The position numbers were made by a program, and so were the translations under genes. The notes below the pieces were generated by a model. That model was given only the letters and a program-made list of their open reading frames with translations. It was not told the origin of the DNA and did not search any database. Positions 1-9,536 of a stretch of 64,000 nt of DNA are shown here, piece by piece. The first letter of the stretch is position 1, and the number at the start of each line of letters is the position of its first letter. The DNA comes from a virus. The stretch spans positions 54,219-118,218 of the IMG/VR virus record IMGVR_UViG_3300045988_168611. One strand, given 5' to 3'.

Positions 1-1827
1 ATAGATAAACTCGAAGACCGAGTTATCCTGTACCTCGTCAATGATGAGGTGGCGGATGTTCAACCCAGTAGGCAGCGGCATCTTGTCGATCATCTGGTAA
101 GCCAGGATGATCTCAAGCTCTAGCGATGTCTGCTTGATGAGGTTGAGTGCGTCAACCGTCTGCTCCAGGTGTGACTCGATGAAGTTGTTCAGCGCGGTGT
201 GCGCACCCTCAGAGTTACGACCCTCCAGCCTGCGCAGCTTCTCAGCAAACTGGAACGCGAATGGATCCCCCGGCATATAGATGCCCAAGGAGTTAGCGAT
301 CGTCTCCACAGAGCTGAGCTCATGAGTGGGGAAGTACGTCATGTACAGATCGTGAATCATTCGCGCGATCGTCATGGAGCGAACGTTGGGGTTCTTACGG
401 ATGATGTTGTCTGCTGCCGCGTTGGTGAACGACAAGACAGTGATGTCAGCCGGATTGACACCGCACAGGCTGAGCTGCTGGATGCGCTCAAGAATGACAG
501 TGCTCTTGCCAGCACCTGCGCCCGCCTGAGTCAGGATGAGCGGTTCAGTCGAGCGCACAGCAGCAAGCTGCTGAGGCGAGAGCTGTCGCTGCACAGGAAT
601 AGTCTTGATGGTCTCCGGTGCACGCTCCAGCTGATCACGCTTGCTACCGAGGTCGCTGAGCGTGTCGTTCATCAGCAAGTTCATATTCTGCTTGACCAGG
701 AGCGAAGCGGTCTGGGGATCGCAGAGCATGTTGATGGACGCGTAGATCTTCTTGTATGCAGATAGTGGAACGTTGTACTGCTCCATGTAGCGCAGCTCGT
801 AGACCATCTGAGCCAACTGTTCATCGTCGTACGAGTGCTTCTTCGACACAAGAGCGTCAATGACATCGTGGATGTCATCGGCAATGTCATCGCTGCTCCA
901 GCGCTGTGCACTGTCCGTGACGTTGTCGTAGACGCTGTAGTCGGCATAGAACTCAGCCAGCGTGTCAAGGAAGCCGCGCTTACGCGAGTGGTTGATTCCG
1001 GTGGCTCGGAAGATCTCATCCCACGGCAGATTCTCAGCGTCCTCAGCAGGAGCGTAGCTCCAGTCGGCAATGGCCCACGCCAGGTTGGCAGCGCTCATCC
1101 TGACGGCCTTGTTGGGGAAGGTGCTGATCGTCGTGCTGAGCAACGTAGCGCGAGTGCGGTAGCTCTCGTCCTCTGTGATGATGAGCGTGTCATCGGCTTC
1201 ATCATCGAACAGATCGATGTCATCATCGTCGACCTCAATGAAGTCAGGATCGTCAGGATCGATGGCATCCAGATCATTGATGAGACGGGCGAGCATCTGA
1301 TCGCTGAGATCATCGATGTCTTCGCACCTCTTGGGCGGGACAACATAGAGCACAGTGCGGTAAGAGATCTGCAAGTCCTTGACCTTGGTCTTGCCGCTGT
1401 TGTCCTCACGCATAGCAAGGCCCTGTACGTGGCACGATGCCCAGATGTCAAACGTGTCGGTGTCGTCGGTGAGACGCACAGCGAACTGGTCCATGTCATC
1501 AGGGACAGGCAGGGTCATACGACCGTAGCCCTGCTCGTAGGCGCGCTTCACGATGGTGCCGGTCGGAACGATGCGACTGGTGACTGCGTTGGATGTCTGC
1601 GACACCTTGTAGCGCAGGTCTGTGGTTCCCATGGTGGTGCGATCCAGTCCCATGGGATAGCGGCCTGGGATGACAGAGCTGTTGAGCAAGCCCTGCTTTT
1701 TTCCACGACCGGTCAGATGCGACGAGAAGTACTTGGGCGTCACTGCTTTAATGGTGCGCGCCTTGGTTGCTTCGACGGCGGTGCTGAACTTAGCCGCTTC
1801 GTCGAGGTTATCGAGGAGGATGGGCAT
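1..1827 (-). CDS. UvrD/PcrA-like SF1 helicase, N-terminal 609 aa (C-terminus lies beyond window start)
   Basis: Absent from the ORF track because it runs off the window. Manual translation from ATG at 1827 (GGAGG upstream) stays open to nt 1. Walker A LTQAGAGAGKST (about nt 500-535) and motif II LIIDEVQD (nt 25-48). The first ~425 aa carry no motif I recognise. Confidence 0.75.
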   Translation of the reverse strand, partial: MPILLDNLDEAAKFSTAVEATKARTIKAVTPKYFSSHLTGRGKKQGLLNSSVIPGRYPMGLDRTTMGTTDLRYKVSQTSNAVTSRIVPTGTIVKRAYEQGYGRMTLPVPDDMDQFAVRLTDDTDTFDIWASCHVQGLAMREDNSGKTKVKDLQISYRTVLYVVPPKRCEDIDDLSDQMLARLINDLDAIDPDDPDFIEVDDDDIDLFDDEADDTLIITEDESYRTRATLLSTTISTFPNKAVRMSAANLAWAIADWSYAPAEDAENLPWDEIFRATGINHSRKRGFLDTLAEFYADYSVYDNVTDSAQRWSSDDIADDIHDVIDALVSKKHSYDDEQLAQMVYELRYMEQYNVPLSAYKKIYASINMLCDPQTASLLVKQNMNLLMNDTLSDLGSKRDQLERAPETIKTIPVQRQLSPQQLAAVRSTEPLILTQAGAGAGKSTVILERIQQLSLCGVNPADITVLSFTNAAADNIIRKNPNVRSMTIARMIHDLYMTYFPTHELSSVETIANSLGIYMPGDPFAFQFAEKLRRLEGRNSEGAHTALNNFIESHLEQTVDALNLIKQTSLELEIILAYQMIDKMPLPTGLNIRHLIIDEVQDNSVFEFIY

Positions 1828-1846
1828 ATGAGCCCTCCTTTCTTTT

Positions 1847-1873
1847 TGAATAAAGTGACAAGAATTGAATAAG
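1847..1873 (-). promoter_or_regulatory. TTTATTCA box (plus upstream degenerate copy CTTATTCA) abutting the SD of the helicase gene
   Basis: Minus-strand reading is CTTATTCAattcttgtcacTTTATTCAaaaagaaAGGAGGgctcatATG. The same box occurs at four other genes. Confidence 0.5.
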
Positions 1874-1890
1874 TGTGTGCATGCGCACTA

Positions 1891-1932
1891 TCGATCGGCC
1901 TGTCAGCGTATATTGCCAACAGGCCGACCGAT
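1891..1932 (-). terminator. Hairpin downstream of the 1957-2628 gene
   Basis: TCGGCCTGT (1895-1903) pairs with ACAGGCCGA (1919-1927). There is no clear U-run. Confidence 0.4.
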
Positions 1933-1956
1933 GAGAATGGTGATTGGGATTGGTGA

Positions 1957-2628
1957 TCACACAAGCTTGTAGCCGATGATCTCCATATCGTCGTCAGTGT
2001 CGGGATCGATGAGAGTTCCCACATCGGGCAGATCGCTCAGCGGCTGGTCGTAGAGACAGCCTTTTTCGTCCGTGTAGACGATGTACACCGAGTCAAGGTT
2101 CTTGTGGAGCTTGGGCGCATAGGGCGACAGCAGACCGTAGAGTGCGAGGGTGCTCTCGACCTGCTTTTCCCATGCTGGGGTAAGGGTTGTCTCAATGAGA
2201 CGCGCGAGGCCTTCCTTTGTCTCGATGCCTTCGAGCATGCAGGGTGTCGTGCGTAGATACTGCGCAGCACGGCGTTGGCTCTTATCGGTGATGATGGTGT
2301 TGTGACGATCGTTGGGATCGTCTTCTCGCAGCCAATACCAACCATTGTCAAGTGCGTACATGGGCGCACCAGTTCGTGCATCAGAAAGATGGAGATCGAC
2401 GAGCTGGCGAAGCCACGGGAACGCCTGAAGGATGTGGTCATGGACCATGCCGCAGTCGTCGGGTTCACTGTCGAAGAAGAATCCGTCGTTGTCTTGGCGC
2501 TCGTAATACACCTCGCCAGTAACGCTGATGCGGTCATCGTTAATGCCGTATGTGGCGATGACCTTGATGCGGGTGCCGTTAGATTCAGTGATGATGTCCT
2601 CAACGGTATTCGTGCATGTGTAACGCAT
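1957..2628 (-). CDS. Hypothetical protein (223 aa)
   Basis: Clean ORF bracketed by hairpins, no overlap with neighbours, no motif recognised. Confidence 0.65.
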   Translation of the reverse strand: MRYTCTNTVEDIITESNGTRIKVIATYGINDDRISVTGEVYYERQDNDGFFFDSEPDDCGMVHDHILQAFPWLRQLVDLHLSDARTGAPMYALDNGWYWLREDDPNDRHNTIITDKSQRRAAQYLRTTPCMLEGIETKEGLARLIETTLTPAWEKQVESTLALYGLLSPYAPKLHKNLDSVYIVYTDEKGCLYDQPLSDLPDVGTLIDPDTDDDMEIIGYKLV

Positions 2629-2667
2629 GGAAGCTCCTTATGTGTCAGTGATGAGAAATGTGGGTGT

Positions 2668-2721
2668 GGTTCGCCTACGCAATGAGGTGGGATATACACC
2701 TGTTTGTTGCGTAGGCGAACC
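2668..2721 (-). terminator. 15-bp hairpin downstream of the Clp-like gene
   Basis: GGTTCGCCTACGCAA (2668-2682) pairs with TTGCGTAGGCGAACC (2707-2721). Confidence 0.55.
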
Positions 2722-2729
2722 GTTGCTGG

Positions 2730-4598
2730 TTAGTTACTCGCAGCGGAGAGCAGAGAGTCTTCGATGAAACCTCGAATAGCGCGAACAGCAGGGCGTGCGC
2801 CCTGATCCTTCAAGTATGTCTCTGCCACCAATCGATCGATGGTGTCATCGTCGATGGGATCGAAGCTCATACCTGGGTTCTCAGCGCAAATACGCGCCAC
2901 TTGGCGATCATATTCATCACGCAGAATCTCAGCGTATTCGCTGGTTCCTAGCGGCATGAATGCGATGAGGTCATCGAACCTACCAAGTAGTTCTGCGTCA
3001 AAGCTATTCTGGAGCTCATTGGTGAGGACCTGTTTGGTGATACTCTGCGTATGGTTACCGAACCCCATCTGGGAGCCAGAGAGCTTTTGCCTACCAGCAT
3101 TCGTTGTTGCGATGACAATGCAACGAGACATGTCGACAGCAGGGCCGTTGGCCATCTGGATTTCGCCAGTATCGAGCGCGGAGAGGAACAGTCGCTGTAC
3201 CGACATGTGAGCCTTCTCGAACTCATCCAGAACGATGACTCGATAGGGGTTCGATGCCAACGTGTCAAACGGTCGTTCTCGTGCACTCTCAGACCCAACG
3301 TATCCAGAGGGGGAACCAATGATCCTGTTGATCGTGTGGGCATCGTGGAACTCAGCCATGTTGAGCAAAATAGGTTCCTGTCCCGTGACCATCTGGGAGA
3401 TGATCTTGGCGGTCTCGGACTTGCCCACGCCGGATGCTCCGGCGAAAAGCCACGATGTTGGTCGCGTTTGGGGGAAGATGTTCAGCTCGCGGCGACGCAG
3501 TGCGTCAACGAGACGCGGAAGCACGTCTTCCTGGCCCTTGAGCCTGGAGAGTTCACTCTCCAGAGTCTCGACATCAAGCTGCGGTGGCTGTGACTGGCCG
3601 GTTACAAGCAGCATGGCGATCGTATTGAGGCGCTTGGAGGTCAACGGGATCTGGGTGATTTGCTGAAGCATCTGTGCATACGATGCGTTGCCAGAAGCAA
3701 GTGCTTCCTGGATCGCAGCGTGATGGCTGATCACGCTGTGGCTCAGTGCTCGATCGAGCAGCGTGATGGCCGTATCGGGGCGGTGTCCGGTGCTCATGAG
3801 ACGATCAGCCGTGACAACGATGTCATCGAGGACATCAGATGCCACACTGACCTTGTTCTGGTAGTGCGTGAGCATGCCGGGCAGAACGACATCGAGAATC
3901 GAACGGGTCTGCTCTCGGTTAAGCTCATCGACGATGACAGACGAGAAGCGACGCTTGAATGCCGGATCGTCATCGAGGCGCTTTGCCTCACCCATCGTCG
4001 TTGCTGCGATGACGCGCAGGTATCCTCGGGCCAATGCGGGCTTGAGGATCTGTGCGATTTTTGAGTACGTAGGGTTGCTGTCATCGGCGATGATGTGGAT
4101 CTCATCAATGAAGAGCAGTGCGTCATTGTCTGGATCCTGGGCGAACTTAATAATGTCGGTGATCCTGTTTTCCAGTTCACCGACGATACCAGCGCCTGCA
4201 ACGAGAGTGGCGATCGGCAACTCATAGATGGTGGTGTTCTTGAGTTGCGGAGGCACGGATGCTTCCTGGTTAGCAATGCGCCGGGCGATCTCTTCGACGA
4301 TGGCGGTCTTGCCAACACCTGCTGGTCCGACAAGAAGCGCGTTCGGCTTGCGCGACGATGAGATGATGCTCATCGTCTGAGTGACGATCTCGTCACGGAA
4401 GAGTGCTGGAGAGGACTTCTTGTATTCCTCGTTGTAGTTGATGAGCATGTCATCAATCTCGGAGCCACCGGTGATCGCGTGATTGTGCGATGGCGCAGAC
4501 GGGCCGACGCTGACGATGTTAGGCGCACCAGAGCCAACGCCTGATCCGGTCGGGTTGTTAGCGTCGTCGTCATTGGGCGTGAAGTTGGACAGGCCCAT
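2730..4598 (-). CDS. Hsp100/Clp-family ATPase with two AAA+ modules
   Basis: Module 1 has Walker A GPAGVGKTA and Walker B LLFIDEIH. Module 2 has GASGVGKSE and VIVLDEFEKAH. SD AAGGAGG lies before ATG 4598. Confidence 0.8.
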   Translation of the reverse strand: MGLSNFTPNDDDANNPTGSGVGSGAPNIVSVGPSAPSHNHAITGGSEIDDMLINYNEEYKKSSPALFRDEIVTQTMSIISSSRKPNALLVGPAGVGKTAIVEEIARRIANQEASVPPQLKNTTIYELPIATLVAGAGIVGELENRITDIIKFAQDPDNDALLFIDEIHIIADDSNPTYSKIAQILKPALARGYLRVIAATTMGEAKRLDDDPAFKRRFSSVIVDELNREQTRSILDVVLPGMLTHYQNKVSVASDVLDDIVVTADRLMSTGHRPDTAITLLDRALSHSVISHHAAIQEALASGNASYAQMLQQITQIPLTSKRLNTIAMLLVTGQSQPPQLDVETLESELSRLKGQEDVLPRLVDALRRRELNIFPQTRPTSWLFAGASGVGKSETAKIISQMVTGQEPILLNMAEFHDAHTINRIIGSPSGYVGSESARERPFDTLASNPYRVIVLDEFEKAHMSVQRLFLSALDTGEIQMANGPAVDMSRCIVIATTNAGRQKLSGSQMGFGNHTQSITKQVLTNELQNSFDAELLGRFDDLIAFMPLGTSEYAEILRDEYDRQVARICAENPGMSFDPIDDDTIDRLVAETYLKDQGARPAVRAIRGFIEDSLLSAASN

Positions 4599-4615
4599 AG
4601 GCGTGCCTCCTTTTT

Positions 4616-4641
4616 TGAATAAATGGGAATTGAATGAATAG
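4616..4641 (-). promoter_or_regulatory. TTTATTCA box (plus upstream CTATTCATTCA) abutting the SD of the Clp-like gene
   Basis: Minus-strand reading is cTATTCATTCAattcccaTTTATTCAaaaaAGGAGGcacgcctATG. Confidence 0.5.
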
Positions 4642-4649
4642 TTTGTGGA

Positions 4650-4703
4650 CCCTCCCTCCCTCTCTTTTTCACCAGTAGGTGGTCACAAGAGGGGAGAGAG
4701 GGC
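4650..4703 (-). terminator. CT-rich / GA-rich imperfect hairpin downstream of the vWA gene
   Basis: CCCTCTC (4658-4664) pairs with GAGAGGG (4696-4702), with an inner CACC/GGTG helix. Confidence 0.4.
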
Positions 4704-4709
4704 TCAGTG

Positions 4710-6416
4710 TCACTTGGTCATGCCGAGGATGCGAGAGCCCGTACTGGGGTCGATCGTCTGCATGTGATGAGTGAAACTCTTAGCGCTTTCGCGCAAGGAG
4801 TTGTACCAGTTGTCTGGGACAGAGATTGGTACGTAATAGAGGTTCTCAGGAACCTCAAGGTGGTACGAACCGGGCCACCACTCGAAGTCGGTGATGACCA
4901 GGTTGAGTCGACGCTTGAGCGTCTGGTGTTCGTTAATGAGCTTGTAAATCTGCTCATAATCGGTACCCCCGCTCACCTTGGGCACGGCAGCAAACTGCTT
5001 CCATACCTGAGTGATAGAGCGATTCTTGATGCGAAGGCGCACAGGTGTCGACATGACGTGCGAGAAACTCGTGAAGTACAAATCCACGCCCATTCGCTGA
5101 GCGAACTGGATGAGCATCTTGATCGTGTCCTCGTAGTTCTCCGTGGAAATCGATCCAGACGTATCCAGGTAAATGTGAATGTCTGGCATGTACTTGCGGG
5201 AGACAACCTTGCCTGGCTTATTCGGGTCGTTCGGCTGACGCCTATTGGCTCGAACAAAGCTCGTGCTCACATTCCTGATGGAATTGAGAGACTGATTGAC
5301 CTTCGACATGCGCGTGAGAACTCGCATGACCGACTTGTAGATGTCGACAGGTCTGGTGGGTCGCTTGCGGAACACCACACGACCGCTACGGCCCGCTTGT
5401 TGCTGTGCGTTGGACAGGCTGTTGGCAGCCTGTACAGACGCCTTTTGCTGGGCGCGTGCCAGCGCTGTCAGCTTGCTGAGCTGACCCGGCGTGATGAGCT
5501 TGACCGGGTTGTGGAGGGACTTCATGATGAGATCCCACTCAGCGTTGATCTTGCGCATCGACGCCCTGGCATGAGCTTCGACGTTGATGAGAACCAACGT
5601 ACGAGGCAGTGCCAGCTCAGCGATGCTGAATGGCAGCATGCCGCATGTTTCAGGCGCACCAGGCTGGTTAGTCTGCTGCATATGGGTCCACGTACTGAGA
5701 GCCCACATGAGCACACGTGCGAACGAGTACTCATCGAGGGCCTGCGAGTCATTCGCTCGCAGAATCAGAGACTCAGTGAGGCCGTTCAGGTCAATTTTGT
5801 CGAACTGCTGGAACATCCGGTTGTTAGCCGGAGTAATGTTCGATGCGATCTTGCTGAGCTCGCCACGTAGCCATGTCTTGAAACTGTCGAATTCTGCATC
5901 TGTGCGGAACCAGAAGCCGATTGTGTGCGGATGGAACGTCCATCCCAGGGACACCAACAGGAGGTCCGTACCGGCATTGCCAGCAAGTACATCCTTAGCG
6001 GTAGGCATCACGTCGCTCTGCGTGGTGTACAGAGCCTTGCTGGGATCAGGGAGCTTACAACGCGCAGCTGCCTGGGTGATGAACGCTTCGTCGATAGGCG
6101 ATGATGCGGACGGAATCCATCGAACAAGAGACTGTTCGAAGATCGCACCCATAGTGGCTTGTGCGTCTGCATCGAGGACTTCGCCAACGGCTCGAAGAAG
6201 GAGGTCGTTCACTTCGTCAGAGTCACAGTCGCGTCCGTCGATCGTCAGATCGACATGACCGCCTGGAGTGAGTGGCTCGAAGATGGTCTGTGTGATCATC
6301 GTTTCGAGTGTAGCGAGGGGTTCGCAATCACCCGTGAAAGGGGCGATGGGAACATACTGGTCGATATGATTGGGCTTTTGCCCGGTGAGGGTAATAGATG
6401 GAGAAGCCATCGTCAC
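4710..6416 (-). CDS. vWA (MIDAS) domain protein, presumed partner of the adjacent MoxR ATPase
   Basis: The C-terminal segment IHIYLDTSGSIS is a DxSGS MIDAS motif. It sits next to an AAA_5/MoxR-type gene. The N-terminal ~380 aa are unassigned. Confidence 0.7.
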   Translation of the reverse strand: MTMASPSITLTGQKPNHIDQYVPIAPFTGDCEPLATLETMITQTIFEPLTPGGHVDLTIDGRDCDSDEVNDLLLRAVGEVLDADAQATMGAIFEQSLVRWIPSASSPIDEAFITQAAARCKLPDPSKALYTTQSDVMPTAKDVLAGNAGTDLLLVSLGWTFHPHTIGFWFRTDAEFDSFKTWLRGELSKIASNITPANNRMFQQFDKIDLNGLTESLILRANDSQALDEYSFARVLMWALSTWTHMQQTNQPGAPETCGMLPFSIAELALPRTLVLINVEAHARASMRKINAEWDLIMKSLHNPVKLITPGQLSKLTALARAQQKASVQAANSLSNAQQQAGRSGRVVFRKRPTRPVDIYKSVMRVLTRMSKVNQSLNSIRNVSTSFVRANRRQPNDPNKPGKVVSRKYMPDIHIYLDTSGSISTENYEDTIKMLIQFAQRMGVDLYFTSFSHVMSTPVRLRIKNRSITQVWKQFAAVPKVSGGTDYEQIYKLINEHQTLKRRLNLVITDFEWWPGSYHLEVPENLYYVPISVPDNWYNSLRESAKSFTHHMQTIDPSTGSRILGMTK

Positions 6417-6423
6417 CCCTTTC

Positions 6424-6431
6424 TGAATAAA
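6424..6431 (-). promoter_or_regulatory. TTTATTCA box abutting the SD of the vWA gene
   Basis: Minus-strand reading is cccgTTTATTCAGAAAGGGGtgacgATG. Confidence 0.5.
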
Positions 6432-6451
6432 CGGGAGCTATATGTGGTCGT

Positions 6452-6491
6452 GTCCGGCGTAGCCGAAGGAGAATGAAGTGCTACGCCGGAC
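6452..6491 (-). terminator. 11-bp hairpin downstream of the MoxR gene
   Basis: GTCCGGCGTAG (6452-6462) pairs with CTACGCCGGAC (6481-6491). Confidence 0.55.
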
Positions 6492-6506
6492 ACGATGTCT
6501 GTGAAC

Positions 6507-7757
6507 TCAGTCGATGCCCATGGCTGCGATGACCGTGTTGATCTTGAGCGCGACACCGTCGCTCAGATGCATGAGCGTGTCGCAGTTCTTCTTATGGAGT
6601 GCGTCACTCGACCACAAGACAATGAGATCGTTGATGTGGCTCTGTTCGAGCTTGTCGAGTCGTGCATTCAACGCCTGGATAATCACATGGTTGTCTTCGC
6701 GCTCGTACATAGCGAACACGAGGCAACCGGATGCGTCATTGTCGGTCATGGTTGCAACAACCTGGTTGACAGCATCAACGCTGGTCATCGCGGCCTTCTT
6801 GAGCTCGTTGTAGATGCGAGGCTTGACAACGCGCTGAGCATTGTTGTTACCCGTGCTGCCCTTGCTGAGCTCATCGCTGATGGCGCCCATCAGCAAGGTG
6901 GTGAACGAGGTGTTGCCGGTCATACCTTCGATGACCTCCTGGAGATAGGAGACATGTCGACCGTCTCGGGTCGTCGATGGAGTAGCCATGAGACTGGCAA
7001 TCTCTTCGAATGACAGCACGTTGAGATACTGCGACACACCGTCGATCGTACGCGGAGTAGCGAACGGTCGAATCTCTTCGGTTCCGTCGAAAAGGTCGAA
7101 GACGGACACCGTGGCGTTGTCGTCATCATCGTCGTCTTGACCATCTGCGACAGCCTGCTCGTTGGTGTTCTTGACGAACACCGTCTCAGGGTGCTTTTCG
7201 AGCACAGTTTTCACGCACGGGTGAAGGTTCTTGTCGAGAACCTCGATAAGCGTCGACGCGTCGGGCGCAACGTTGATGATGGCGAATCGGGAGACCGACG
7301 CGTCATCAAGGGCAGTCACGTTGCCCTTGTCATTACCCGCCACGATAATGCGCAGGTTCTTAGGTAGATCCTCGTTACCAATGCGACGCAGCGTCACAAG
7401 GGTGAGAGTTCCCGAAGTCACGTCAGACGTGGTTCGGTTGATCTCGTCAAGAAAGAGAATCGGCTGCTCGTTTGGGTTGTTCTTGGCGTAATTGATTGCC
7501 TGGGAGATGGTGTCATGTGGGAAGAACTTCTGGGACCAGATACCGGTCTTTTCGTCCAGAACAAGACGTGCGCCCGTCAGGTCAGCCTTGTCGGCCAACA
7601 GGTTGCACGGAAGCGTGAAGCACTTCGTGTTGGTGCGTCGTGCCACGTCTTCGACAAACGACGACTTGCCGATACCCGGCTCTCCCATGAGAGCAGGGAC
7701 ACGGTTAGCATCCAGTAGCTTGATCGTGGTGGTGACAAGCATCTCGTTGAATAGCAT
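6507..7757 (-). CDS. MoxR-like (AAA_5) AAA+ ATPase
   Basis: Walker A GEPGIGKSS and Walker B ILFLDEINR in a single AAA+ module, followed by an acidic poly-D insert. Confidence 0.8.
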   Translation of the reverse strand: MLFNEMLVTTTIKLLDANRVPALMGEPGIGKSSFVEDVARRTNTKCFTLPCNLLADKADLTGARLVLDEKTGIWSQKFFPHDTISQAINYAKNNPNEQPILFLDEINRTTSDVTSGTLTLVTLRRIGNEDLPKNLRIIVAGNDKGNVTALDDASVSRFAIINVAPDASTLIEVLDKNLHPCVKTVLEKHPETVFVKNTNEQAVADGQDDDDDDNATVSVFDLFDGTEEIRPFATPRTIDGVSQYLNVLSFEEIASLMATPSTTRDGRHVSYLQEVIEGMTGNTSFTTLLMGAISDELSKGSTGNNNAQRVVKPRIYNELKKAAMTSVDAVNQVVATMTDNDASGCLVFAMYEREDNHVIIQALNARLDKLEQSHINDLIVLWSSDALHKKNCDTLMHLSDGVALKINTVIAAMGID

Positions 7758-7771
7758 GGGGTATTGCCTCC

Positions 7772-7794
7772 TGAATAAAGGTTGGTTGAATAAA
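7772..7794 (-). promoter_or_regulatory. Two TTTATTCA boxes upstream of the MoxR gene
   Basis: Minus-strand reading is cTTTATTCAaccaaccTTTATTCAGGAGGcaatacccATG. Confidence 0.5.
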
Positions 7795-7811
7795 GAAGAA
7801 GAAGAAGATGG

Positions 7812-7843
7812 GAGTCAGACCGCGCCGTGAGGCGGTCTGACTC
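7812..7843. other. 12-bp perfect hairpin between divergent genes
   Basis: GAGTCAGACCGC (7812-7823) pairs with GCGGTCTGACTC (7832-7843). It sits just upstream of the box pair although no minus-strand gene ends here. Confidence 0.5.
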
Positions 7844-7985
7844 TCTATTTCTTGTCTCGGGTCGTACTTTGTACGACCACGCATACGCACAACGTGCAGA
7901 GGGGTGCATAACTCTCACGAAAACCCTGGTGTTCCAGTAGAATAGGTACATACTGTTGAACATACATAGGAAAGGCGAGGGAGTT

Positions 7986-8726
7986 ATGCGGGGTTCGAAT
8001 CACATCATTGCCGGATTGGCGATGCTCGGTATTGGACGCGCTGTTGTTGTGATTGGTGAGAATGCCGATCGTTCACGTGAGATACCGTTGATTGACACAG
8101 AGGCGATAGAGGATAGCTACGGGGTTATCGACTCTGTTACATCGTGGGTATCTGATGGCCTGGATGCGCTTGGCGGGTCTATCGCGTCATGGAGCACGTG
8201 GATCCATAGTTTGTTTGTGAGCGATGATGAACGCTGGTATATCAGTGTTGCGATCGGTCTCCCGCTGTTCATTGTTGGTACGGTGTTGGCGGATGCTGAT
8301 TTGCCACACTCTCTTGCCGGGCGTTTTATGCTATGGGGAACGATGTGGCAGCGCAAGAACGCGAGCCGTTCTGCTGCAACGTCGCCTATCGCCCACAGAG
8401 GTTGGACACATACACTTTGGGTGTTGCTCGGAGTGGGTGTCTTGACTGCGATGGTGTCACCGATCTTTGTGTGGCTGTTGGCCGGTATGATGACCCATGT
8501 TCTGCTCGATGCTATGAGTATGGCTGGGTGGGTGTGGTACTACCCGCTGATACCGTCGACATGGGAGATTATCGAGAGAGGTGACACGCGGATCGTTGTG
8601 TCAACCCGACGACGGAGTGTTGTCGGTGATCGCTTGAGGTATCACGCTGGTGTGCCGTGGCTGGAGCATGTGTATGTTGCAGTGCTCGTTGCTGGAGCTA
8701 TCGGCGCAACGTGGTACACGTGGTGA
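7986..8726 (+). CDS. Polytopic membrane protein, YdjM/DUF457-like membrane-bound metal-dependent hydrolase
   Basis: Motifs HRGWTHTLW and THVLLDAMS plus several hydrophobic spans. Start moved from track position 7956 to ATG 7986, which follows GGCGAGGGAG. Confidence 0.6.
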   Translation: MRGSNHIIAGLAMLGIGRAVVVIGENADRSREIPLIDTEAIEDSYGVIDSVTSWVSDGLDALGGSIASWSTWIHSLFVSDDERWYISVAIGLPLFIVGTVLADADLPHSLAGRFMLWGTMWQRKNASRSAATSPIAHRGWTHTLWVLLGVGVLTAMVSPIFVWLLAGMMTHVLLDAMSMAGWVWYYPLIPSTWEIIERGDTRIVVSTRRRSVVGDRLRYHAGVPWLEHVYVAVLVAGAIGATWYTW

Positions 8727-8739
8727 CAGTGAGTACGGT

Positions 8740-8783
8740 AATAGGCCCTGAGAGCGGTGTGGTAGCCAATCTCAGGGCCTATT
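8740..8783. terminator. Bidirectional 13-bp hairpin between convergent genes
   Basis: AATAGGCCCTGAG (8740-8752) pairs with CTCAGGGCCTATT (8771-8783). Confidence 0.6.
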
Positions 8784-8788
8784 GCTTG

Positions 8789-9211
8789 TTACGAAGAGCT
8801 TTCGCTGGAGTTGACATCGTCAATGATCCAGTCAAGGACGCGATCGCATACCTCGTTGAAGAGTTCCCATGCTCGTTCGTCATTGATTGACGAAATGAGA
8901 GCATTGAGATTGCCATCATCCATGGACTTGATTTTGTCACGGGCATCAAGAACCCGTTTGTTATCGGGGTCACTTGCGTTGAGTGTAGTGATGAGGAATC
9001 CCAGCTTTTCTCGAATGACGGAAGCGTCAATGGTGATGCCTCGGGTGTACTTTTCGGGCTGAAGATCGTATACATCGTAGTCAATTTCATACGGAAAACC
9101 GTAGTCTTCGTCGTAATGAATACGTTCGTTGAGGACTATCTCAGCATTGTCGATAGTGTCAGTGGTGACGGTGACAATAGTGTTGTAGCGGTTCATGTTT
9201 TCAGTCGTCAT
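8789..9211 (-). CDS. Hypothetical acidic protein (140 aa)
   Basis: Clean ORF overlapping the next gene's end by 11 nt, which suggests operon-like coupling. Confidence 0.6.
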   Translation of the reverse strand: MTTENMNRYNTIVTVTTDTIDNAEIVLNERIHYDEDYGFPYEIDYDVYDLQPEKYTRGITIDASVIREKLGFLITTLNASDPDNKRVLDARDKIKSMDDGNLNALISSINDERAWELFNEVCDRVLDWIIDDVNSSESSS

Positions 9212-9527
9212 GGGGATCTCCTAATAGTTTCTTACATACATCGGGTGTGGTGAATTCGTTAAACAACGGCATCATGAGAGCTTTGCGGGCAATATATTCC
9301 AAGACTTCAGGGAGTCTAATATATTTCCATGCTCTGAGACCACCCATGGGGTAGCGTACCGAATGATCTGGCAAGGTGATATAGTCAGGCCCCTTATTGT
9401 CATACCAAGCACGCCAAACACGTAGTTGTGCAGGTGAGATTTCAAGAAATTCAGCTGCTTGTTCGGTAGTCAGTAGATCGGAGTTAGCCAAATTAGCAAA
9501 GTCTTTACCCATTAGTGTTTCTTTCAT
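9201..9527 (-). CDS. Helix-turn-helix DNA-binding protein (excisionase/MerR-like HTH)
   Basis: LTTEQAAEFLEISPAQLRVWR resembles HTH_17/excisionase-type motifs. The start could alternatively be ATG 9512. Confidence 0.5.
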   Translation of the reverse strand: MKETLMGKDFANLANSDLLTTEQAAEFLEISPAQLRVWRAWYDNKGPDYITLPDHSVRYPMGGLRAWKYIRLPEVLEYIARKALMMPLFNEFTTPDVCKKLLGDPHDD

Positions 9528-9536
9528 TTGGTATTT

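Noticed and set aside
199-1872. Plus-strand ORFs 199-765 and 835-1872 (188 and 345 aa)
   Set aside because: They are antisense to the uninterrupted minus-strand helicase frame that carries Walker A and motif II. They lack an SD and any recognisable motif.
4707-5870. 387-aa plus-strand ORF
   Set aside because: It is antisense to the vWA gene, whose minus-strand frame has the MIDAS motif, an SD and a terminator.
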